Origin: Oligoflexus sp.
GTDB taxonomy: Bacteria; Bdellovibrionota_B; Oligoflexia; Oligoflexales; Oligoflexaceae
Reading direction: 5' to 3'
DNA length: 51,246 bases
Assembly (NCBI GenBank): GCA_041736305.1
Contig: JBGSTX010000273.1
Location: 1 to 51,246 of the forward strand
Part shown: piece by piece, positions 1 to 9,321 of the stretch
How the letters are laid out: every line of letters starts with the position of its first letter
How positions within the stretch are numbered: the first letter of the stretch is position 1
The notes under the pieces: generated by a model
Database searches by the model: none
What the model was told of the DNA's origin: nothing
What the model saw: the letters and a program-made list of their open reading frames with translations, nothing else
Program-made: the position numbers and the translations under genes

Positions 1-405
1 GCCATCACGCCAGACAGGCGCGTTTTACTGGTAAAGCAGCCACGCGTCGGCATGATGGAAATGACTCTCGAGCTGCCGGGCGGCAATATGGACCAGGGTG
101 AAGACCCTGCAGCCGCTGCTGCTCGCGAACTGGAGGAAGAGACTGGTTACCGCGCAAAAAGTCTCGTAAACCTTGGTATTGTTAGTCCAAATCCTGCTAT
201 CATGAATAACCGGCTCCACATGTTTATCGGTCTTGATTGTGAAATTCCGGCTTCACGAGCGCATTTTCCAGACCAGATGGAAAGAATTGAAATTCGCTCA
301 GTTTCACGATCTGAGCTTGAACGTCTGATCGAGACGGGTGCCTTTCAAAGTGCACTTAGCTGCCTTACAGCGCTTATGGCGCTTCGCCACCGAAGCTTTG
401 CTTAG
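1..405 (+). CDS. Nudix hydrolase, ADP-ribose pyrophosphatase-like (5' truncated by the window edge)
   Basis: Frame is open from base 1 (AITPDRRVLLVKQPR...). Nudix box GNMDQGEDPAAAAARELEEETG, followed by the downstream Pro (SPNP) typical of ADPRases. Confidence 0.85.
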   Translation, partial: AITPDRRVLLVKQPRVGMMEMTLELPGGNMDQGEDPAAAAARELEEETGYRAKSLVNLGIVSPNPAIMNNRLHMFIGLDCEIPASRAHFPDQMERIEIRSVSRSELERLIETGAFQSALSCLTALMALRHRSFA

Positions 406-462
406 AATCGATTTTGCTGCTATCCACTTCGCTCAGACAGTTGTTCACCATTGGAGTCGTCG

Positions 463-1461
463 ATGAAAACCATAACTCTCGTTCCCGGGGATGGAATAGG
501 CCCGGAAATTTCTGCAAGCGTTCAAGAAGTCTTTGCGGCCATCAAGGCTCCAGTGCGCTGGGAGCTTGTGGAATGTGGACTGGCTGCGTTTGAGAAAACG
601 GGTACCCTCTTACCTAAGGCATTTGTAGACAGCATCGGGCAGACTGGTGTCGCCTTAAAAGGCCCAACAACGACTCCTATTGCGGGTGGTCATCGATCGA
701 TCAACGTCCAGATGCGTCAGATGTTTAATCTCTACGCTAACGTCCGACCGATCAAGAATTTTCCCGGTCTGCCGTCAAATTATACTGGCATTGATATGAT
801 CATCGTGCGGGAGAACTCTGAGGACCTCTATAAAGGGATCGAATATCTGATTTCTGAGGGAGTTGCTCAAGGGATTAAGCTGATTACTGCTGAAGCATCC
901 GAACGCATCGGGCGCCATGCGTTTGACCTGGCTCGCAAACTCAAACGCAAGCGGGTCCTGGTCGTACACAAAGCGAATATTATGAAGATCACCGATGGAC
1001 TTTTCCTAGATTCTATTCGCAAAGTCTCTGCCAACTACCCCGAGATTGAGTTTGCCGACATGATCGTTGACAACTGCTGCATGCAGATGGTCACCAAACC
1101 CCAGCAATTCGACGTCATCGTAACAGAGAACCTCTATGGCGACATCCTCTCTGACCTGGGTGCCGGCCTAATCGGTGGTCTCGGTCTGGCTTCCGGCGCG
1201 AATATCGGTGATAAATGTGCAATTTTTGAGGCAGTCCATGGGTCAGCGCCTGACATCGCGGGCCAGGATAAAGCGAATCCTACGGCTTTGCTCCTCAGCG
1301 CCGCATCGATGCTTGACTACATAGGCGAATTACCTCTGGGCGATCGAGTGCGTCGCACCGTTGCTTATACTCTGGCTCAACCCGGCATGAGGACTGGCGA
1401 CCTTGGAGGCCCCCTCGGCACTAAGGAATTTACCCGTGCCCTCATTAGAAACCTCGACTGA
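463..1461 (+). CDS. Isocitrate dehydrogenase, probably NAD-dependent (isocitrate/isopropylmalate dehydrogenase family)
   Basis: Motifs [41 protein letters not shown], and [12 protein letters not shown] (Asp-Ile indicates NAD preference). Start moved to ATG 463, with GGAG at 453-456. Confidence 0.88.
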   Translation: MKTITLVPGDGIGPEISASVQEVFAAIKAPVRWELVECGLAAFEKTGTLLPKAFVDSIGQTGVALKGPTTTPIAGGHRSINVQMRQMFNLYANVRPIKNFPGLPSNYTGIDMIIVRENSEDLYKGIEYLISEGVAQGIKLITAEASERIGRHAFDLARKLKRKRVLVVHKANIMKITDGLFLDSIRKVSANYPEIEFADMIVDNCCMQMVTKPQQFDVIVTENLYGDILSDLGAGLIGGLGLASGANIGDKCAIFEAVHGSAPDIAGQDKANPTALLLSAASMLDYIGELPLGDRVRRTVAYTLAQPGMRTGDLGGPLGTKEFTRALIRNLD

Positions 1462-1466
1462 TTATA

Positions 1467-1486
1467 GAGCGAGCTTCGGCTCGCTC
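1467..1486 (+). terminator. Stable hairpin immediately after the idh stop (terminator or 3' stabiliser)
   Basis: GAGCGAGC-TTCG-GCTCGCTC: perfect 8-bp stem with a C(UUCG)G tetraloop. No U-tract directly follows. Confidence 0.55.
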
Positions 1487-1588
1487 GAGCCTTCTAAAAT
1501 ACCTCTCTTTTTTGCTAGTTCAGGAAATCTCGCCAAATCTCAACGAGACTAGCTTTAAGCTTCAAACGACCTTTAGGGTTAAGCGATC

Positions 1589-1615
1589 TAAACTTTTCTG
1601 AAAGACCTCCGATAT
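1589..1615 (+). promoter_or_regulatory. Candidate sigma-28 (FliA-type) promoter
   Basis: TAAA(1589-1592)-N15-TCCGATAT(1608-1615), against the consensus TAAA-N15-GCCGATAA. Lies 60 nt upstream of the PP2C ATG. Confidence 0.6.
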
Positions 1616-1675
1616 TACATCAAGGAACCTCAAACTAAGTGCGACTGGCCTTTCTTGAGCAGGACGAGGAGCTCG

Positions 1676-2452
1676 ATGCAAGCGAAGTATCATTCCATAG
1701 GACGTACCGACATTGGTCGCGTCAGGAGCAGCAATCAAGACTCCATGCTCGTTGATAACGAGCTAGGCCTCTTTATTGTAGCTGACGGCATGGGTGGGCA
1801 CGCGGGCGGAGAAATCGCTAGCCGCATCTGCATCGAGCAGGTGCAAAAAGAAGTCGTCAGAAAAATTTTACCGCTCTTGGATGAGACTCCAAAAAAACAC
1901 CCTGATCCGACTCTCCTTAATAATTTAGCCCATACCATTAATTTTGCTTCAGCGAAGATCTATGAGCATTCCCTAGAAGACCCGAGCCTGAGGGGTATGG
2001 GAACGACCGCGACTGTGGTAAAAATAATAGATAACTACGCCTACTGCGCACACGTAGGAGACAGCCGCTTATATCTAGTAAGAAGCGGTTTCCTCTATCA
2101 ACTTACGTTTGACCATTCACTTGTTAACGAGCAAGTGCGTGCTGGTATTCTGACTCCCGAAGAAGCGGAGGTGCATCACCTAAAAAACGTGATCACCAGG
2201 AGCGTCGGCTATCAAGAAGAAGAAGATGTCGACACTCTCTGCGTTCGGCTTGAAAAAGGCGATTATCTCTTGCTCTGTAGCGATGGTCTACATGGCAAGA
2301 TTAATGACTCAGATATTTCGCAGGTTTGCACAAAGTCCGGCCCTGGTGCCCTCCAAGTCCTGGTCGATCTAGCTAATGAACGCGGTGGCGAAGACAACAT
2401 CACACTGATTATCGTTGAAGTACAAGGGACTTCCAGTTCGAGTCAGCCTTGA
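1676..2452 (+). CDS. PP2C-type Ser/Thr protein phosphatase (Stp1/PrpC family)
   Basis: Motifs TDIGRVRSSNQD, VADGMGGHAGGEIAS, GMGTT, HVGDSR, LLCSDGL and GGEDNIT. ATG 1676 is preceded by AGGAG. Confidence 0.93.
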   Translation: MQAKYHSIGRTDIGRVRSSNQDSMLVDNELGLFIVADGMGGHAGGEIASRICIEQVQKEVVRKILPLLDETPKKHPDPTLLNNLAHTINFASAKIYEHSLEDPSLRGMGTTATVVKIIDNYAYCAHVGDSRLYLVRSGFLYQLTFDHSLVNEQVRAGILTPEEAEVHHLKNVITRSVGYQEEEDVDTLCVRLEKGDYLLLCSDGLHGKINDSDISQVCTKSGPGALQVLVDLANERGGEDNITLIIVEVQGTSSSSQP

Positions 2453-2487
2453 TTCAAGCCCCGCTTCTCCCCTTTTGAGGAATTTTC

Positions 2488-3438
2488 GTGCGAAAAATAA
2501 CGATCGTTTTCATCCCCGAGAACGCCAAGCAGACCAAGCAAATCAAGCTCCCTCGTTGGATGCTAAGGTCGAGCTACTTCGTTAGCTTTTTCGCCACTGC
2601 CTTCTTCAGTTACATTGTTTACGACTACCTACAACTACGTAGTCTCAGGGAAGCTTACCAGAAGATCGCCTCAGAAAACCAAGGTCTTCGAGGTGAAGCC
2701 CAGTTGCTTTTAAGTAATCTCGAAGAAGTTCGCCAGTCTTTGAAACGCGTTCAGGATTACAGTGAAAAGCTCGGAGAGCTGACTCAGCTCAAAGTCAAAC
2801 GCTTCTCCTCGAGAACCGGAATAGGCCCACTTACACCTCAGGAGTACAGTCGCATGGGGAGTAACGATCAAGAAAGATCCCAGCTTGATGAGCAGCACCT
2901 ACCGCTTGGGATCGATCTGGATCGCTTAATGTTTCGGACTGCCTTTGAGAAATTAAAGAATACCGGCAACAATGCTAATCAGAACGCACTTCGCCTACAG
3001 CGACTACTGTCCACTCTCAGTCAGCAAAGATCGCTCCTCGCCTCGGTACCCTCTGTCGCTCCTGTCGATGGTTGGATCACCTCTGGGTTTGGGGCAAGGG
3101 TGTCGCCTTTTTCTGGCGATAAAGATATTCACATGGGCGTCGATATAGCAGCTCCAATCGGGACGCCGATTTATGCACCCGCCGATGGAGTGGTGATTTT
3201 CTCAGGTCCTAAGGATGGATTCGGGAATTTTGTAATGATCGCGCATGGTTATGGTGTCGTTTCGCGCTACGGCCACAATGCTGAAAATTTGGTAGAGCCA
3301 GGGCAAAAAGTGGCGCGTGGCGATCAAATCGCTACCGTTGGGATGTCGGGTCGTACGACTGGTCCACATCTTCATTACGAAGTGATCCTCAATGGCAGTG
3401 CAACTGACCCACGCAAGTTTATTCTCAACATCCACTGA
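2488..3438 (+). CDS. M23 family zinc metallo-endopeptidase with N-terminal TM and coiled coil
   Basis: Intact HxxxD (HMGVD) and HxH (GPHLHYEV) motifs, plus ITSGFG.R.SP. GTG start with GAGG upstream. Confidence 0.92.
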   Translation: MRKITIVFIPENAKQTKQIKLPRWMLRSSYFVSFFATAFFSYIVYDYLQLRSLREAYQKIASENQGLRGEAQLLLSNLEEVRQSLKRVQDYSEKLGELTQLKVKRFSSRTGIGPLTPQEYSRMGSNDQERSQLDEQHLPLGIDLDRLMFRTAFEKLKNTGNNANQNALRLQRLLSTLSQQRSLLASVPSVAPVDGWITSGFGARVSPFSGDKDIHMGVDIAAPIGTPIYAPADGVVIFSGPKDGFGNFVMIAHGYGVVSRYGHNAENLVEPGQKVARGDQIATVGMSGRTTGPHLHYEVILNGSATDPRKFILNIH

Positions 3439-3651
3439 GTACAGGTTTTCACTCCTTCATTCGCTGCAAATATGCATCAGGCAAGCCTTCAGAGCATTTC
3501 TCCCCAATTTTGGGCCGTGGAAAAGCATTCCCCCATCCGAAATTTGTCGATATACTTAGCCACTTGTCTGGCATATTTGCGCAGTGACTATCTGCGCCCT
3601 TGCTGTCATCGATGGACAAGTCAACTCAACAAGTAGTCGCGGAACACAGCC

Positions 3652-6312
3652 ATGCTGAATTTAGCTCGTAAGATCTTCGGAACCAAAAACGATCGGGAAG
3701 TTCGTCGCTATCGCTTGATTGTTGACAAGATCAACTCACTCGAGCCAAGCATCAAAGCTCTGAGCGATGAAGCATTGAAAGCCAAAACCGGCGAATTCAA
3801 AGAGCGATTGGCACGGGGGGAAGATCTCAATAGTCTAGCGCCTGAGGCTTTCGCTGTAGTGAGAGAAGCTGCTTTACGCGTGCTCTCGATGAGACACTTC
3901 GATGTACAGCTGATCGGCGGCTTCGCCCTGCATGAAGGTCGGATCTCAGAAATGAAGACCGGCGAAGGAAAGACGCTGACCGCGACGGCTCCGGTCTATC
4001 TCAATGCTTTGGTAGGCAAAGGCGTCCACGTTGTAACTGTCAACGACTACCTCGCCTCCCGTGACTCAGAGCAAATGGGTCGCCTCTATTCCTTCTTAGG
4101 CCTCAGTACTGGCCTCATCGTTCATGGCCTCAATGATACGCAGCGCCGGACTGCGTATGCTGCCGACATAACTTACGGTACTAACAACGAGTTTGGCTTC
4201 GATTTTCTTCGCGACAACATGAAGACCGAGTTCAATCGCTTCGTACAGAGAGAGCATTACTTCTGTATCGTCGATGAAGTCGATTCAATTCTTATCGACG
4301 AAGCCCGCACTCCCTTGATTATCTCAGGACCCGCGGAGACTCGAAGTGAGTTATACGTAAAGGTCAATGCCGCTATACCTGGCATGCAGAAAGACAGCGA
4401 TTACATTGTCGACGAGAAAGCTAGAACTGTCACCCTCACCGAAGATGGTATTAGCAAGCTTGAAAAGCGACTACACGTCGATAACCTCTACGATCCCCAT
4501 AATATTGAATATCTCCACCATGTGCAGCAGGCGATGAAAGCCCATATCCTTTTCAAAAAGGATGTAGATTATGTGGTACGGGAAAATAAAGTCGTTATCG
4601 TCGACGAATTCACAGGTCGCCTGATGCCCGGCAGGCGTTATAGCGACGGTTTGCACGGTGCTTTGGAAGCCAAGGAGCACTTGCCCGTCGAAAACGAGAC
4701 GCAGGTTCTGGCTACTATCACCTTTCAGAACTACTTCCGCCTTTACGGGAAGTTAGCCGGCATGACGGGAACTGCAGATACCGAAGCCGTTGAATTCAAG
4801 AAAATCTACAATCTCGATGTAACGGTCATCCCAACCAACCGTACCTTGATCCGGAACGATGAGCAGGATGAGGTTTATCGAACCGGCCGAGAGAAATTTG
4901 AGATCATAGCTGACGAAATTGCTCGAGCTCAGAAGCTGGGTCAGCCTATCCTTGTAGGAACTGTTTCCGTTGAGAAGTCAGAGCTTTTAGCCAGTCTTCT
5001 CCGCAAGCGGGGGATCCCACACGAGGTCCTCAATGCAAAGAATCACGGTCGAGAAGCGAGTATTATCGCTAAAGCCGGTCAACTCGGTAACGTGACAATT
5101 TCCACGAATATGGCGGGTCGCGGCACAGATATCGTTCTTGGCGAAGGTGTGCGTGAGCTCGGTGGACTCTATGTTATCGGCACAGAACGGCATGAATCAC
5201 GCCGCATTGACAATCAGCTGCGCGGCCGTTCAGGACGTCAAGGCGACCCGGGAAGAACTAAGTTTTACCTTTCGTTAGAAGACGACCTGATGCGCATTTT
5301 CGCCAGTGATCGTCTTTCAGCCATTATGCAGCGCCTTGGAATGAAAGAAGGCGAAGCCATCATCTCACCTATGGTCACTCGAGCGATCGAAAAAGCTCAG
5401 CGCCGGGTTGAAGAACAAAACTTCTCCTCTCGTAAACACGTACTTGAATACGATGACGTCATGAACCAGCAACGTCAGGTAGTGTACGCGAGAAGAAAGA
5501 AAATTCTTGAGGGCTCTTTCGATACCAGCTTTATGGGCGACGCTCTTAAGAGTCTGGCCGAAGGCATTTTGAGCAAACATGCTCCCGAGACTTCAGGACT
5601 GAGCAGCTGGGATTTTGAGGCTGCTCGCAAAGAACTCAGCGCCGAGTTCTATACTGATATTAGCCTTAACGAGGCTGCTTCCTCTCCTCAGAGCGAGGCA
5701 AAACCACAAGCCGAACTATCTTTGGCTGCTTCGATTGATATCGTCCACGAACAGCTCATCAAAATCTATGATGCTAAGCGTCAAAAAGTTGGCGATGAGT
5801 TCATGAAGAAAATCGAAGCCTACGTATATTTGCAAATCATTGATCAGAGTTGGAAAGAGCATCTACGGACGATGGAAACTCTGCAGGATAGCGTCCGCCT
5901 AAGAGGTTACGGGCAGCGTGATCCACTCCAAGAATACAAGCGCGAAGCGTTTAAGCTCTTCGAAAGCCTCATGATCCGTATTGAAGATGAGACTGTGCTG
6001 GCACTTATAAGGATGCCGCCTCCTGAAGAACAGTTCGACGAGAGTCCACAAGTCAGTGAGCCTGATTCATCACAACTTCGCTTCACCCACCCCGAAGCGC
6101 CGGCAGCTAGCTCGCTTATAGCCGGCGAAGAGGATCCGGACAGCGATGATGATAATATGGTGTATCATGGTAGCCGAGAAGCTGGGGACGAGGCCAGAGG
6201 AGCTGACACGATTCGCCGTCAAGGCGACAAGGTTGGCCGCAACGATCCCTGTCCTTGTGGGTCCGGTCAAAAATACAAGAAATGTCATGGTCGTCTGAGC
6301 GCTGAAGGTTAA
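3652..6312 (+). CDS. secA: Protein translocase ATPase SecA
   Basis: Motifs [28 protein letters not shown] and [18 protein letters not shown], with a C-terminal SEC-C motif [19 protein letters not shown]. Confidence 0.99.
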   Translation: MLNLARKIFGTKNDREVRRYRLIVDKINSLEPSIKALSDEALKAKTGEFKERLARGEDLNSLAPEAFAVVREAALRVLSMRHFDVQLIGGFALHEGRISEMKTGEGKTLTATAPVYLNALVGKGVHVVTVNDYLASRDSEQMGRLYSFLGLSTGLIVHGLNDTQRRTAYAADITYGTNNEFGFDFLRDNMKTEFNRFVQREHYFCIVDEVDSILIDEARTPLIISGPAETRSELYVKVNAAIPGMQKDSDYIVDEKARTVTLTEDGISKLEKRLHVDNLYDPHNIEYLHHVQQAMKAHILFKKDVDYVVRENKVVIVDEFTGRLMPGRRYSDGLHGALEAKEHLPVENETQVLATITFQNYFRLYGKLAGMTGTADTEAVEFKKIYNLDVTVIPTNRTLIRNDEQDEVYRTGREKFEIIADEIARAQKLGQPILVGTVSVEKSELLASLLRKRGIPHEVLNAKNHGREASIIAKAGQLGNVTISTNMAGRGTDIVLGEGVRELGGLYVIGTERHESRRIDNQLRGRSGRQGDPGRTKFYLSLEDDLMRIFASDRLSAIMQRLGMKEGEAIISPMVTRAIEKAQRRVEEQNFSSRKHVLEYDDVMNQQRQVVYARRKKILEGSFDTSFMGDALKSLAEGILSKHAPETSGLSSWDFEAARKELSAEFYTDISLNEAASSPQSEAKPQAELSLAASIDIVHEQLIKIYDAKRQKVGDEFMKKIEAYVYLQIIDQSWKEHLRTMETLQDSVRLRGYGQRDPLQEYKREAFKLFESLMIRIEDETVLALIRMPPPEEQFDESPQVSEPDSSQLRFTHPEAPAASSLIAGEEDPDSDDDNMVYHGSREAGDEARGADTIRRQGDKVGRNDPCPCGSGQKYKKCHGRLSAEG

Positions 6313-6353
6313 GGTATAATTCCTCGTGGCTTATCTTCGCGAAGGAATCATGT

Positions 6354-6776
6354 GTGCAACGAGTTTTTGATTTCGTACCGGCCGAGTCTGAAATAGTTGT
6401 TTCGCGCATTCTCCTCCAGGTTCATCAGGCCATTGATGAATCTTTTCCTCATGCGCGCCCTGCCTCTCAGCGCTTTGCCAAAACGGCATTCACCGGATCT
6501 GACGAACCTACTCTGACGCAACAAATCCCCATTGATGCGCTTAAGGATGCTCAACTTCTCGAGTCCGGACTCGATAGTTTAGATGTCTCAGGTCGTGGTG
6601 GGCGCACCAGGCCATGGGAAGCAGGTCTGGAAGAGTCGAATGAACTCAAAACATTGACTTCTAGTGAACATAGTCGTTGGTCTCGTAAAGATAATATTCC
6701 GCTGAAACAAACCCTTATTGGTGTCTTGACGCTCATATTGGTTGCTTTGGTGGCTTATTTAATTCTGACCTTCTAA
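6354..6776 (+). CDS. Hypothetical protein with a single C-terminal transmembrane helix
   Basis: 140-aa ORF filling the secA-rph gap. AAGGA lies 7 nt before the GTG, and the protein ends in hydrophobic LIGVLTLILVALVAYLILTF. Confidence 0.6.
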   Translation: MQRVFDFVPAESEIVVSRILLQVHQAIDESFPHARPASQRFAKTAFTGSDEPTLTQQIPIDALKDAQLLESGLDSLDVSGRGGRTRPWEAGLEESNELKTLTSSEHSRWSRKDNIPLKQTLIGVLTLILVALVAYLILTF

Positions 6777-6870
6777 AGCTTAGACATAAGCTACTTGCGA
6801 TTCCAGCACCGCTCCGCTAGATAGTCCTCTCTAAGAGAAGTTCAACTTTTTTTAAGATGGGACATTCTAC

Positions 6871-7605
6871 ATGCTACGACATGATGGTCGATCTCCTGAC
6901 CAGATGCGACCACTCCGCATCAGTCCTCACTACACTAAAAACGCCCACGGTTCGGTTCTTATTGAATACGGTGAGACCAGAGTTATCTGTACGGTCTGTG
7001 TTGAAGAAGGGGTTCCTTCTTTTCTCCGAAACTCGAGTCCAGCTCAAGGTTGGTTGACGGCTGAGTACGGGATGCTGCCAGGCTCTACAGGAACGCGAAC
7101 CCGACGTGAGCGTCCCGCTCCATCTGGCCGCTCGCAGGAGATTCAACGCCTGATAGGTCGCTCTCTCCGCGGTGTGATCGATCTCACCAAAGCCACGGAC
7201 TTAACTTTCAACATCGATTGTGATGTCCTCCAGGCTGATGGCGGTACACGAACAGCCTCTATTACCGGGGCTTATGTTGCGCTCAAGATCGCCGTTGATA
7301 AGCTCTTAAGGTCTGGTCGACTTCATGACAATCCTTTAACCGACGCGGTGGCTGCTGTTTCTGTTGGTCTTCGTGACAGCGAAGTACTAGTCGATTTGGA
7401 TTACCAAGAAGACAGCACAGCTGATCTTGATATGAATGTGGTAATGACGCAAAGCGGGCGTTTCTTAGAAATTCAGGGAACAGCAGAGAGAGCCTCTTTT
7501 AGCCGCCATGATATCAATGCAATTCTTGATGCTGCCGAAGCCTCATTAAAGCCCTGCTTTGAACTTCTTCACGAAGCTGCCGACGGACACGTCGTAGAGA
7601 TTTAA
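6871..7605 (+). CDS. rph: Ribonuclease PH
   Basis: Motifs R.DGR..DQMRP, GWLTAEYGMLP, GRSQEIQRLIGRSLR, DCDVLQADGGTRTASITG and EIQGTAE. Confidence 0.98.
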   Translation: MLRHDGRSPDQMRPLRISPHYTKNAHGSVLIEYGETRVICTVCVEEGVPSFLRNSSPAQGWLTAEYGMLPGSTGTRTRRERPAPSGRSQEIQRLIGRSLRGVIDLTKATDLTFNIDCDVLQADGGTRTASITGAYVALKIAVDKLLRSGRLHDNPLTDAVAAVSVGLRDSEVLVDLDYQEDSTADLDMNVVMTQSGRFLEIQGTAERASFSRHDINAILDAAEASLKPCFELLHEAADGHVVEI

Positions 7606-7632
7606 GGTTCTTTCTTCAAAGATCTTATCTGC

Positions 7633-7872
7633 TTAGCCTCGGTGGTTTGAACCCAGGCTAGCGGAACCACCGCCATGCCTTGGGACGTAGGGGCAATGTC
7701 GGCAGCCATTGCCGCAGCATTGCCCTCGCTTCCTCAGATAATGAGCGGTCATAACCAAATATCCACTTTGTACATCGATATAGTAGTCAAGCCCATCAAT
7801 GAGAACGTCCCCTTTCAGGACGCTTTCTTCAGAGCTTTCTCGCTGCTGCTTATCTTGGCTCGGCCCGATCAT
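7633..7872 (-). CDS. Small Cys-rich protein, DUF5522-like
   Basis: DYYID..SGYLVMTAHYLRKRGQCCGNGCRHCPY matches the DUF5522 signature as recalled. Start overlaps the purF stop (ATGA). Confidence 0.8.
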   Translation of the reverse strand: MIGPSQDKQQRESSEESVLKGDVLIDGLDYYIDVQSGYLVMTAHYLRKRGQCCGNGCRHCPYVPRHGGGSASLGSNHRG

Positions 7873-9308
7873 TTACCTTTAAATCCTGCTCGCAAACCTG
7901 GCCCGCCGAGGATGTCCGTAGGTTGCATTTGAATAGCTTGGCCCGTATCTTCGGGGTAATCGCCACTAAAGCAGCCATAACAATAATTATTGCAATTATC
8001 GCGGCCAAGCGCTTCTTTCAAGCCCTCGCGGCTCAGAAAAGCTACGGTGTCGGCGCCGATAAAATCTCGAATCTCTTCGATAGTCTGCTGAGCGGCCAGC
8101 AGCTGGCTACGTTCGGGGGTATCGACACCAAAGTAGCAAGAGTGCGTGATAGGTGGCGAACCTAGGCGCATATGAATTTCTTTAGCGCCCGCTTTCCGCA
8201 GCATGCGTAGGATTTTCACCGAGGTGGTGCCGCGGACCAGACTATCGTCGACTACGACGACCCGCTTACCTCGCAAGGTGGAACCGACAGGATTCAACTT
8301 CAATTTAACACCAAAGTCGCGAATCGACTGAGATGGCTCAATAAAAGTCCGACCAATGTAATGATTTCTTACCAGTCCCAGCTCAAGAGGTAACTTGACT
8401 TCGCTCGCATATCCTAGAGCCATCGGTACCCCAGAATCTGGAACAGCGATCACAACGTCTGCATCTACGTGCGATTCTCGGGCAAGGTAGGCGCCCATAC
8501 GTTTACGCAAGCTGTAGATTTCTTCACCAAAAATCTGACTGTCAGGACGTGCAAAGTAGATAGGTTCGAATGAGCAAAAGGCTTTGCGGACTTTTTCCAC
8601 CGGAAAATAGGATCGGATAAATCCATCCTGATAGATCTCGACTATTTCTCCCGGAGCTACTTCCCTCTCGAAAGTCGCATCGATCAGATCGAGAGCACAG
8701 GTTTCACTGGCAACCACCACTGCATCACCACGACGTCCTAAAACTAAGGGTCTAAAACCGAAGGGATCGCGCAGCGCAAACAAGCGATCTTTGGTCAGCA
8801 GAACCAGAGAATAAGCTCCCTTCACCTGTCCCATCACTTCGACCACGCGGTCAAGCAAGGCTTCCTTGCGACTTTTCGCGATGAGATGCATGAAGATTTC
8901 AGTATCGGAAGTCGACTGAAAAATACTGCCTTGAGCTTCTAGCTCACGACGAATCACATCGGCATTTGTCAGGTTGCCATTATGTGCAATCGCCATCGCA
9001 CCTAAGGGAGTCTTAAATGAGAAAGGCTGAATATTTTGAACCATTTGGCTGGCGCCCGTTGTCGAATATCGATTGTGACCGATACCCGAACTGCCCTTGA
9101 TATGCGAAAGAATATCCGCAGTAAAGGCGTCACCGACGAGACCAAAGGCCTTATGCCCATGCAACTCGCCATCTCCTCCTATCGTCACTATTCCCGAGGC
9201 TTCTTGTCCCCGATGCTGCAAGGCGAATAAACCAAGATATATAAGCTTCGCCGCTTCCGGATCGCCCATTACACCGACGACACCGCATTCTTCACGAAAG
9301 CCTGCCAT
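7869..9308 (-). CDS. purF: Amidophosphoribosyltransferase ([4Fe-4S], propeptide type)
   Basis: True start is MAGFREE|CGVVG at 9308. Motifs LQHRGQE, GHNRYST, AHNGN and VVVDDSLVRGTT; cluster cysteines in CSFE, SCYFG and CYGC. Confidence 0.97.
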   Translation of the reverse strand: MAGFREECGVVGVMGDPEAAKLIYLGLFALQHRGQEASGIVTIGGDGELHGHKAFGLVGDAFTADILSHIKGSSGIGHNRYSTTGASQMVQNIQPFSFKTPLGAMAIAHNGNLTNADVIRRELEAQGSIFQSTSDTEIFMHLIAKSRKEALLDRVVEVMGQVKGAYSLVLLTKDRLFALRDPFGFRPLVLGRRGDAVVVASETCALDLIDATFEREVAPGEIVEIYQDGFIRSYFPVEKVRKAFCSFEPIYFARPDSQIFGEEIYSLRKRMGAYLARESHVDADVVIAVPDSGVPMALGYASEVKLPLELGLVRNHYIGRTFIEPSQSIRDFGVKLKLNPVGSTLRGKRVVVVDDSLVRGTTSVKILRMLRKAGAKEIHMRLGSPPITHSCYFGVDTPERSQLLAAQQTIEEIRDFIGADTVAFLSREGLKEALGRDNCNNYCYGCFSGDYPEDTGQAIQMQPTDILGGPGLRAGFKGK

Positions 9309-9321
9309 AGAAAATCCCTTC

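Noticed and set aside
3472-3636. 54-codon ORF upstream of secA as a SecM-like arrest peptide
   Set aside because: No SD, no signal peptide and no RAGP/RAPP-type arrest motif. The length is compatible with chance.
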